Under the pieces are notes generated by a model that had not been told where the DNA came from, searched no databases, and worked only from the letters and a program-made list of their open reading frames with translations. 32,000 nt of DNA from positions 810,001-842,000 of the forward strand of contig NZ_CP047931.1 of NCBI RefSeq assembly GCF_014280175.1. Reading direction: 5' to 3'. The stretch comes from Synechococcus sp. A15-28. GTDB lineage: Bacteria > Cyanobacteriota > Cyanobacteriia > PCC-6307 > Cyanobiaceae. Numbering within the stretch: the stretch's first letter is position 1; each line of letters begins with the position of its first letter. The translations under genes were made by a program, and so were the position numbers. Shown here one piece after another: positions 19,401-26,510 of the stretch.

Positions 19401-19955
19401 CGGCGCCTGCATGAGCTCAGCTTCGACCTGCCGGTGCGTCATGCCTGCACGGATGACCTTGTGGAGGCGTTCCGTTTGGATCCGCAGGCTCGCTTTGGCG
19501 GTGACTACATCGAACAGCTCAGTGGCCTCCAGGTGAACTGCCGCGGTTTTCTGACCGGATCGATTGACCTGGTGTTCAGTGATGCGGCCGACCCCCAGCA
19601 GGCCCGCTGGTGGGTGGCGGACTGGAAGAGCAACTGGATCGGTGAGCGCGGTGAGTCGGGCGGCCCCAGCTGTTGCGGCCCACGCCACTACAACCAGTTG
19701 GCGATGGAGGAGCAGATGCGTCACCACCACTACCCGCTGCAGGCCCATCTGTACCTGGTGGCTCTGCACCGGCATCTGCAATGGCGCCTACCCGGATACG
19801 AGCCTGAGCGTCATCTCGGTGGATACGTCTATGTCTTCCTTCGGGGCATGCCGGGACAGGCCCCTGAGGGTGATCGCCCTGGTCGCATCGTGGAACCGGC
19901 TCCCTTGCAACGGGTTCTGGCCCTGGATCGGATGTTGCAGCAGGGGGCGGCATGA
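16404..19955 (+). CDS. recB: exodeoxyribonuclease V subunit beta (RecB)
   Basis: 1183 aa; LEASAGTGKTFALAHLALRLI (Walker A), VMVDEFQDTDPVQWRLL, TVHRSKGLEFPVVICPY, nuclease motif GSIDLVF..WWVADWKSNWIGERG. Confidence 0.96.
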   Translation: MRFDPNRYPLDSGLRLLEASAGTGKTFALAHLALRLISEGAIPLSSLLVVTFTDAAASELRSRIGQRLQVALTGLEALERGVALPEADPVLQQWWQRAPQGQSRRDWISRVLMAMEQLDAAEITTIHGFCSRSLRRLAISSGAAMQQQLETDATALVQEVVQDLWQQHVLTLPLPQLQGLMLAGLSSDGLSAALERLDGDPQARLQTDGDDFDPNQPLGAQLEVSLQASWRRFVSCWTRDGVELEQCFRSTALQWKAMGCKPSPYSPKPTTDRCAQVDRWIAAQGSTPDLCSIRAQQKLLHDYFHPGVWCRTARKCGEDEPSLAAPELQRAIADLWDGPIERVWRYALQRGLQQLQRRRQRSGTVSFAGLLTAMDPGDAEASWLEPLQQRYRAVMVDEFQDTDPVQWRLLQRSFGGGSHLLLLVGDPKQAIYRFRGGDLDTYRRARGLVSRIDTLEDNYRTTPPLMAGLNALMAPGLPESGLEVPAVQARTARPGAVLPDGQQPLQLLQFEQELPTGKTAIEAAVPPAVAEVVMQLLMEQPALSPDQLCILVSRHDQAADLRRALAERGVPTRLVAQGDVLDSDAALVLQRLLDALAAPADDRRLRLLAASPLVGWSADRLRCEAQDPQLDALAQRLRQAADQLPRLGLLGCLSGLLDAERTAGLSEQGRMLGDLQQAARLVQEEMHRLGLDLAAAALWLRRQRLHPPSPLPAAREPHSDLSESAVAVVTVHRSKGLEFPVVICPYIWAGAKEARYVTGPLWRDGAAGGWRIALNRDWDLGWMLWQRSHAEQVAEAERLAYVAVTRARSQLLLLWAPCVPQQSVLQHWLFEADAETLRDLPLSQRSLQQETGQQRWRPPQPEQTLAIGATPQRIDRSWGRSSYSAWIAAPAAEAVLEQGRDQDPEAEEATAAGSEEWPDQGPLADFPRGAAAGDCLHRMLEQLPFQRSADWGPLIEQELQRSGLPLDWCEVVEQGLQQVLETPLGGPLAALPLNALTPDRRLHELSFDLPVRHACTDDLVEAFRLDPQARFGGDYIEQLSGLQVNCRGFLTGSIDLVFSDAADPQQARWWVADWKSNWIGERGESGGPSCCGPRHYNQLAMEEQMRHHHYPLQAHLYLVALHRHLQWRLPGYEPERHLGGYVYVFLRGMPGQAPEGDRPGRIVEPAPLQRVLALDRMLQQGAA

Positions 19956-21505
19956 GCAGCAGTTGGTCCCCAGCCTTTGCCGCAGCGGTGCACGCCGCCC
20001 TGCTGCGCCGCTGGCCACCGGCGTCAGAAGGTGCCGAGCTGGCCCAGCTCAGCCAGGCCCTCGTGGAGGCCCTGGAGCGCGGCGAGCTGGACCTGCCGCT
20101 GACACCGGACCGGGCTGCCGTGGTTCAAGCCAGCGGCTGGCTGGACGGAGGTGATTCTCCGTTGCTCCAGCGGGGTGAGCGGATCGGTTGGCGTCGCTGG
20201 CTGGAAGCCATGGATCGTGTGGTGGAGGAGGTGCTGGAGCGACAGCCGCCGTCCTTGGCTGCCCCGCTGGAGGCCGCTGAGCCCCCGAGCACGCTCAATC
20301 CCGAGCAGCAGGCTGCAGTGCTGGCCATGGATGAGGCCGCCGTCGTGCTGCTCAGTGGAGGCCCCGGTACAGGCAAGACCAGCACCGTGGTGGAGCTGCT
20401 GCGGCGGGCAACGCAGCGCCATCCCAGCTTGCGGATCGGGCTGGCGGCACCCACAGGCAAGGCAGCGCGGCGCTTGGGGGATGCGGTGTGCCCCCGATGG
20501 AGGGAACTGCCCTGTTTCACATTGCATCGCTGGCTGGAGGCGACCGGTGATGGCTTCCGTCGCCATCGTCAGCAACCACTGGAGCTGGATCTGCTGGTGG
20601 TTGATGAGATGTCGATGGTGGATCTGGGGCTGATGAGCGCCTTGCTTGAGGCGTTACCGGATCCATGCCGATTGCTTTTGGTCGGCGATCCGGCGCAATT
20701 GCCTCCGGTCGGAAGTGGTGCTGTCTGGGAACGTCTCCAAGACTCTGATGTGCGCGAACGCCTCGGACCGGCTGCGGTTGAGTTGGTGCAGACCTATCGC
20801 AATCGCGGGGCGATGGCGGCGTTGGCGACGACCCTGCGGCAGGAGGGAATGGAGGCGTTCAGGCGTGATCTGGAGCAGCTGCCGGCAACGGCCAACGTTC
20901 AGCACCAGAGGGCCAGCCTTCGTCGGCTGCCGGCATCGGTGAAAGATGGCTGGTCCGAGCGGCATCTGCGCCTTTCCAACCTGGCCCGTGGGTTGTTGCA
21001 GCGTCCTGAGTCTGAGCTGAACGATGCAGCAACACCGTTGCTCCTGGAACTGGAGAGAGATCTGCTGCTTTGCCCCCGCCGTCGCGGACCGTGGAGCCTC
21101 GAGGACGTGCATCGAGCCCTGTTGGGCGCGGGTGGGTGGAAGGATCCGTTGCGCTGGCCCGAGGGGGTGCCGGTGATCTGCGGTGGTAACCAGCCGGAGC
21201 TGGGGCTCGCCAATGGCGATCTCGGCGTCAAGCTGGGCTCTGGGGATCAGAGCCGTGTTTTGTTCCGTGTGATGACAGCGGATGGACAGGCCCGGGTCCG
21301 TCGGTTGCATCCAGCCCGGCTGACGTTGCTGGAGCCTGCACTGGCCCTCACCATTCATCGGGCCCAGGGAAGTGAGGCCGAGCGGGTCACCGTGCTCTGG
21401 CCGCAGCTGCAGCAAGACCATGTCGCCTACGACAGTCGTCTCCTCTACACAGCAATCACGCGGGCGCGTGGCAGCCTGGAACTGATCACAGCGCTTCAGA
21501 GCTGA
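19952..21505 (+). CDS. recD: exodeoxyribonuclease V subunit alpha (RecD)
   Basis: 517 aa; VVLLSGGPGTGKTSTVVELLRR, LLVVDEMSMVDLGLMSALLEAL, LVGDPAQLPPVGSGAVW, ALTIHRAQGSEAERVTVLWP. Overlaps the recB stop by 4 bp. Confidence 0.96.
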   Translation: MSSSWSPAFAAAVHAALLRRWPPASEGAELAQLSQALVEALERGELDLPLTPDRAAVVQASGWLDGGDSPLLQRGERIGWRRWLEAMDRVVEEVLERQPPSLAAPLEAAEPPSTLNPEQQAAVLAMDEAAVVLLSGGPGTGKTSTVVELLRRATQRHPSLRIGLAAPTGKAARRLGDAVCPRWRELPCFTLHRWLEATGDGFRRHRQQPLELDLLVVDEMSMVDLGLMSALLEALPDPCRLLLVGDPAQLPPVGSGAVWERLQDSDVRERLGPAAVELVQTYRNRGAMAALATTLRQEGMEAFRRDLEQLPATANVQHQRASLRRLPASVKDGWSERHLRLSNLARGLLQRPESELNDAATPLLLELERDLLLCPRRRGPWSLEDVHRALLGAGGWKDPLRWPEGVPVICGGNQPELGLANGDLGVKLGSGDQSRVLFRVMTADGQARVRRLHPARLTLLEPALALTIHRAQGSEAERVTVLWPQLQQDHVAYDSRLLYTAITRARGSLELITALQS

Positions 21506-21846
21506 TGCGGGTGGAGCGGCCCTGGGGCTGGTACGAGGACCTGCTGAGCGCTCCTGGCTACAAGGTGAAACGCCTGCAGATTCGCCGCGGTCAGCAGCTG
21601 TCCCTTCAGCGCCATGGCCACCGCAGTGAGAGCTGGACGGTGGTGGCTGGAGATGGCGCCGTGCTGACTGGTGAGCGCTGGGTCGAGGCGAAGGCGGGTC
21701 TGATGCTTTCCATTCCCTGCGGCGTTGTGCATCGCGCCCGAAGCACAACATCCGACCTGGTCATCCTTGAGGTCCAGCACGGCGATGATCTGCGTGAGGA
21801 CGACATCGAACGACTCCAGGATGATTACGGCAGGGTGATAACTTGA
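21505..21846 (+). CDS. mannose-6-phosphate isomerase-like cupin (type II C-terminal domain)
   Basis: 113 aa; RPWGWYEDLLSAPGYKVKRLQIRRGQQLSLQRHGHRSESWTVVAGDGAV..SIPCGVVHRA..VILEVQHGDDLREDDIERLQDDYGR. Overlaps the recD stop by 1 nt. Confidence 0.88.
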   Translation: MRVERPWGWYEDLLSAPGYKVKRLQIRRGQQLSLQRHGHRSESWTVVAGDGAVLTGERWVEAKAGLMLSIPCGVVHRARSTTSDLVILEVQHGDDLREDDIERLQDDYGRVIT

Positions 21847-21951
21847 TGATCAACCTTTGAAGCGTAGGCAACACAACCAGAGTGCGATTTTCTGATCGCC
21901 GGGAGGTTGTGAGCCTGATTTCAGAGATCAATCAGGCCAGGGCCTACCACC

Positions 21952-23718
21952 ATGAATGAACAGCAGCTCGGGGAGACCCCGTGCACCGTCGATCTGTCCG
22001 CATCGACACTCCCAGAGCAGGCGTCCGCAGAGGTGTTCACCACCACGATCGACAGCAACAAGCCGGAATCTGGATTTGATGGATTCGGCTTCAGTGAGGC
22101 GTTGCTGAAGACCCTGGCGGATAAGGGATACAGCGAGCCTTCACCGATTCAGAAAGCGGCCTTCCCCGAATTGATGCTGGGCCGTGACCTTGTGGGTCAG
22201 GCCCAGACCGGTACCGGAAAAACAGCCGCCTTCGCCCTCCCATTGCTCGAACGGCTCGCCAGTGGCCAGAAGACACCGCAGGCACTCGTCCTGGCCCCCA
22301 CCCGAGAGTTGGCGATGCAGGTGGCCGATTCATTCAAGGCCTATTCGGCTGGGCACCCCCATCTGAAGGTGCTTGCGGTTTATGGCGGCACCGACTTCCG
22401 CTCTCAGATCAATGCCCTGCGTCGTGGCGTGGATGTTGTGGTGGGAACACCCGGCCGGGTCATGGATCACATGCGGCAGGGAACCCTGGACACCTCCGGC
22501 CTGCGCAGCCTGGTGCTCGACGAGGCCGATGAAATGCTGCGCATGGGCTTCATCGACGACGTCGAATGGATCCTTGAACAGCTGCCGCAGGAACGGCAAG
22601 TGGTGCTGTTCTCCGCGACCATGCCGCCGGAGATCCGTCGGTTGTCGAAGCGCTACCTGAAGGACCCCGCCGAAATCACGATCCGCACCAAGGATCAGGA
22701 AGGCAAACGGATTCGTCAGCGTTCGATCACCGTGCCGATGCCCCACAAGCTGGAGGCTCTCCAGCGGGTGCTTGATGCCTGCGGTGGTGAAGGGGTCATC
22801 ATTTTTGCCCGCACCAAGGCGATCACGCTCACCGTGGCGGAGACGCTTGAGGCCGGCGGGCACCAGGTGGCCGTGCTCAACGGGGATGTGCCGCAGAACC
22901 AGCGGGAGCGCACGGTGGAACGCTTGCGCAGCGGATCCGTTGACATCCTTGTGGCCACCGATGTGGCGGCCCGTGGCCTGGATGTGGATCGCATCGGATT
23001 GGTGATCAACTACGACATGCCCTTCGACAGTGAGGCCTACGTCCATCGCATCGGCCGCACCGGCCGGGCCGGCCGTACGGGTGAGGCGGTGTTGTTTGTG
23101 ACGCCGCGGGAGCGACGCTTCATCAACAACCTCGAGCGGGCCACCGGTCAGCCGATCGAGCCGATGGAGGTCCCTGGCAACACGGCGATCAATCAGGGTC
23201 GACTCGATCGACTGCACAAGCGCCTCAGCGAAGCTGCCCACAAAGAGCGCCCCAATGCAGAGGAGGGGGCGTTGCTGAAGGAGCTGCTGCAACGCATCGG
23301 GACGGAACTGGAGCTCAGCCCCGATCAACTGGCCTACGCCGCCCTGAGCATGGCCATCGGTCCGGAGCCTCTGCTGCGACAGCAGGGCGACGACGACTGG
23401 ATTCAGAACCACCAGCGCCGCGACCGTGAGCGGGGCGATCGCCGGGAGCGTCGCTCCGATCGTCCTGCCCGTGCTTCGGAGGAGAACATGCAGCGGTACC
23501 GCGTCGAGGTCGGCCACCGTGATCGTGTCAAGCCGGGCAATCTCGTGGGCGCCATCGCCGGTGAAACCGGTCTGCAGGGCCGGGCGATTGGTCGGATTCA
23601 GATCTTTGACAACCACAGCCTTGTGGATCTGCCCAAAGGCATGCCGGACGATGTCTTCAACAGCCTGCGACGGCTTCGGGTGATGAACCGAGAGCTGCAG
23701 ATCACTCAGGCATCGTGA
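21952..23718 (+). CDS. deaD: ATP-dependent DEAD-box RNA helicase with DbpA-type RNA-binding C-terminus
   Basis: 588 aa; AQTGTGKTAAFALPLL, PTRELAMQV, VLDEADEMLRMGF, SATMP, HRIGRTGRAGRTG, and C-terminal YRVEVGHRDRVKPGNLVGAIAGETGLQGRAIGRIQIFDNHSLVDLP. Confidence 0.95.
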   Translation: MNEQQLGETPCTVDLSASTLPEQASAEVFTTTIDSNKPESGFDGFGFSEALLKTLADKGYSEPSPIQKAAFPELMLGRDLVGQAQTGTGKTAAFALPLLERLASGQKTPQALVLAPTRELAMQVADSFKAYSAGHPHLKVLAVYGGTDFRSQINALRRGVDVVVGTPGRVMDHMRQGTLDTSGLRSLVLDEADEMLRMGFIDDVEWILEQLPQERQVVLFSATMPPEIRRLSKRYLKDPAEITIRTKDQEGKRIRQRSITVPMPHKLEALQRVLDACGGEGVIIFARTKAITLTVAETLEAGGHQVAVLNGDVPQNQRERTVERLRSGSVDILVATDVAARGLDVDRIGLVINYDMPFDSEAYVHRIGRTGRAGRTGEAVLFVTPRERRFINNLERATGQPIEPMEVPGNTAINQGRLDRLHKRLSEAAHKERPNAEEGALLKELLQRIGTELELSPDQLAYAALSMAIGPEPLLRQQGDDDWIQNHQRRDRERGDRRERRSDRPARASEENMQRYRVEVGHRDRVKPGNLVGAIAGETGLQGRAIGRIQIFDNHSLVDLPKGMPDDVFNSLRRLRVMNRELQITQAS

Positions 23719-23978
23719 TCGCTGGCATTGCCCTTGCCCTGCTGGTCTCCTTCGCGTCTGCCCCGGCATCGGCGGACGAGGAGTCCAACACGATCCGCCG
23801 TTTCTGCATGGCTGCCTTTGAGGCAGCCATGGCCAATGCCGGCCTGGCGGCACCTGAAGGAATGGGCACGTTCACCTGTGACTGTTTTCTGGACCAGGTG
23901 TCCAAGGGTGAGGGCCTGAACGAGGCCCGCGAAACCTGCAAGACGGAGGCAGCCCAGCGCTTCCCTGTCGATTCCTGA
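23715..23978 (+). CDS. small exported hypothetical protein, 87 aa
   Basis: GTG start overlapping the helicase stop (GTGA); signal peptide IAGIALALLVSFASAPASA; several cysteines in the mature part. Confidence 0.7.
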   Translation: MIAGIALALLVSFASAPASADEESNTIRRFCMAAFEAAMANAGLAAPEGMGTFTCDCFLDQVSKGEGLNEARETCKTEAAQRFPVDS

Positions 23979-24167
23979 TCAGTAGACGCTCACATCGGGC
24001 GTCAGCATCTCCAGATCCATTGGGGTCTGCTCCATCAGAGCGATGAGCTCCAGTTGAATCTCCGGAAGGCTGCTGGCCATCAGAGTGTTCAGCAGAGCGC
24101 AGCGATCGCTTGCGGAGAGCTCACCGTCATCCGTCCATTGCAGTGCTCGCAGATGCAGTCCATTCAT
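23979..24167 (-). CDS. small hypothetical protein, 62 aa
   Basis: MNGLHLRALQWTDDGELSASDRCALLNTLMASSLPEIQLELIALMEQTPMDLEMLTPDVSVY; tail to tail with the 87-aa ORF without a gap. Confidence 0.55.
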   Translation of the reverse strand: MNGLHLRALQWTDDGELSASDRCALLNTLMASSLPEIQLELIALMEQTPMDLEMLTPDVSVY

Positions 24168-24364
24168 GCTGCTCCTTTTGTTGTGATCTCATGACAATGG
24201 GCTGACCGTGCGGTTTGCCGTGAACTCTTTCGGTTTCCTTCCGCTTCTTGTGTTGTTTCGTGCGACTCCCCTGTAACGTCATCACGTTCAGGCTTGACCT
24301 CCGGCTTTCTCCGAGCTTCGGGACCGGTTCATGCACTCGGGCACATCCAACGGTTCCACGCTCC

Positions 24365-24655
24365 ATGACCATCTACATCGGCAATCTCTCGTTCCAGGCG
24401 GAGCAGGAGCATCTGTTCGATCTCTTCAGTGAATACGGCGAAGTCAAGAACTGCAGCCTGCCCCTGGATCGAGAGACCGGACGCAAGCGCGGCTTCGCGT
24501 TTGTCGAGATGGTGAACGACGAGGATGAGCAGAAAGCCATCGACGATCTCCAGGAGGTTGAGTGGATGGGTCGCATGATCCGCGTCAGCAAAGCCACGCC
24601 GCGTGAGCGTTCCGGTGGACCTCGCGGTGGCGGTGGCGGCGGTTATCGCGGTTGA
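24365..24655 (+). CDS. RRM RNA-binding protein (cyanobacterial Rbp type)
   Basis: 96 aa from ATG 24365; MTIYIGNLSF (RNP2), GFAFVEM (RNP1), Gly-rich tail RSGGPRGGGGGGYRG. Confidence 0.95.
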   Translation: MTIYIGNLSFQAEQEHLFDLFSEYGEVKNCSLPLDRETGRKRGFAFVEMVNDEDEQKAIDDLQEVEWMGRMIRVSKATPRERSGGPRGGGGGGYRG

Positions 24656-24705
24656 GCGGTTCCGAGGGGAGTCCCCTTCAGGTTCAACGCAATGTCCCTA
24701 AGGGT

Positions 24706-26502
24706 GTGAACGATCGAACGATTGGCAGGACTCCCCTGCCCCTGGTGCGGCTGCTGCGACATCTGGCGCCCCAACGGCGCCTGGTGATCACGGCGGTGAT
24801 CTGTTCGTTGCTCAACAAGCTCTTTGACCTGGCTCCCCCGGCCTTGATCGGCTTGGCCGTCGATGTGGTGGTGCGCGGTCAGCAGTCCCTGCTGGCTGAA
24901 TCCGGCATCCAGAGTGTCTCCCAGCAGTTGTGGGTCCTGGCCCTGCTCACCTTTGTGATCTGGGCGGCGGAGTCGTTGTTCGAATATCTCTACGACGTTC
25001 TGTGGCGCAATCTGGCCCAGACCACGCAGCATCGTCTGCGGCTTGAGGCCTACGACCACCTCCAACAGCTGGAGCTGGCATTCTTCGAGCAGGACAGCAG
25101 CGGTCGCCTCATGGCGGTGCTGAACGATGACATCAACCAACTGGAACGGTTTCTCGACCGCGGGGCCAACCAGATCCTTCAACTGATCACCACAGTGCTG
25201 ATCGTGGGCATCGGCATGGCGGTGGTGGCTCCTGAGGTGGCCCTGTTCGCTTATCTACCGATCCCCGTCATCCTGCTGGGGTCGTTGCGGTTTCAGCGCC
25301 AACTGGCCCCGCGTTACCGCGAGGTGCGAGCTCGCGCCGGTGATCTTGCCTCCCGTCTGGCCAACAACCTCGGCGGCATGCTCACGATCAAGAGCTTCAC
25401 GGCTGAACCGTTGGAGCTGCAACGGCTTGAGGCGGAAAGCCTCGCCTATCTGGAGAGCAACGGCCGGGCGATCCGCCTGTCGGCGGCCTTCATTCCCTTG
25501 ATCCGCTTCGCCATCCTCTTTGCCTTCGTGGCCATCCTGCTGGTGGGGGGCTTCCAGGCTTTGAGCGGACAGTTGGCTGTCGGTACCTACAGCGTTCTGG
25601 TGTTCATCACCCAGCGTCTGTTGTGGCCGCTGACGGCCCTCGGCCGCACGCTGGATGAGTACCAACGATCCATGGCCTCCACCCAGCGGGTGTTGGATCT
25701 GATCGATACTCCGATCACCATTCGCAGCGGCCCGTCCGCGATGGACCGACGGCTGGTGCGAGGGGAGATTCGCTTTGAGCAGGTGGATTTTGCTTACCCC
25801 GGTCGAGCGGCACTGCTGCAGGGGTTTGATCTGACGGTGCCGTCGGGTGCAACGGTCGGGATCGTTGGATCCACCGGCTCCGGCAAGAGCACGGTGGTGA
25901 AACTGCTGCTGCGTCTCTATGAGCGCCAGGGGGGGCGGATCCTGCTGGATGGCCGTCCGATCGAACAGCTCCAGCTTCAGGATCTCCGCGGTGCCATTGC
26001 CCTCGTCAGCCAGGACGTCTACCTGTTTCACGGCACGGTGGCTGAGAACATCGCCTACGGGGTTGCTGATCCCAGTCCAGCGGCCATCGAACAGGCCGCC
26101 CGTCTGGCGGAGGCCGCAGGTTTCATCGAGGCTCTGCCGGATCGCTACGACACCCTGGTCGGCGAGCGCGGCCAACGGCTCTCTGGAGGGCAGCGTCAGC
26201 GCATTGCACTGGCTCGAGCCATTCTCAAGGACGCGCCGGTGCTGGTGCTGGATGAGGCAACGGCCGCCGTTGACAACGACACCGAAGCGGCGATTCAGCG
26301 CTCCCTTGAGCAGATCACCCGTAATCGTACCACCGCGGTGATCGCCCATCGGTTGAGCACGGTGCGCCACGCCGATCGGATCGTGGTGATGGAGCAGGGC
26401 CGGATCGTGGAACAGGGACGCCACGACGACCTGCTGGCCCAGGGTGGTGTCTACGCCAATCTCTGGCGGGTGCAGGCCGGCGAACGGCTTATCGCTTCCT
26501 GA
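24706..26502 (+). CDS. ABC transporter, fused permease/ATPase (exporter type)
   Basis: TM domain plus GIVGSTGSGKSTVVKLLLRL, GERGQRLSGGQRQRIALARAIL, VLVLDEATAAVDN. ORF opens at 24652; GTG at 24706 is a plausible start. Confidence 0.92.
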   Translation: MNDRTIGRTPLPLVRLLRHLAPQRRLVITAVICSLLNKLFDLAPPALIGLAVDVVVRGQQSLLAESGIQSVSQQLWVLALLTFVIWAAESLFEYLYDVLWRNLAQTTQHRLRLEAYDHLQQLELAFFEQDSSGRLMAVLNDDINQLERFLDRGANQILQLITTVLIVGIGMAVVAPEVALFAYLPIPVILLGSLRFQRQLAPRYREVRARAGDLASRLANNLGGMLTIKSFTAEPLELQRLEAESLAYLESNGRAIRLSAAFIPLIRFAILFAFVAILLVGGFQALSGQLAVGTYSVLVFITQRLLWPLTALGRTLDEYQRSMASTQRVLDLIDTPITIRSGPSAMDRRLVRGEIRFEQVDFAYPGRAALLQGFDLTVPSGATVGIVGSTGSGKSTVVKLLLRLYERQGGRILLDGRPIEQLQLQDLRGAIALVSQDVYLFHGTVAENIAYGVADPSPAAIEQAARLAEAAGFIEALPDRYDTLVGERGQRLSGGQRQRIALARAILKDAPVLVLDEATAAVDNDTEAAIQRSLEQITRNRTTAVIAHRLSTVRHADRIVVMEQGRIVEQGRHDDLLAQGGVYANLWRVQAGERLIAS

Positions 26503-26510
26503 AGCAGCCG

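Noticed and set aside
22330-23853. 507-aa minus-strand ORF
   Set aside because: Antisense to the DEAD-box helicase gene; no recognisable motifs.
25255-26424. 389-aa minus-strand ORF
   Set aside because: Antisense shadow of the ABC transporter ATPase and TM regions.
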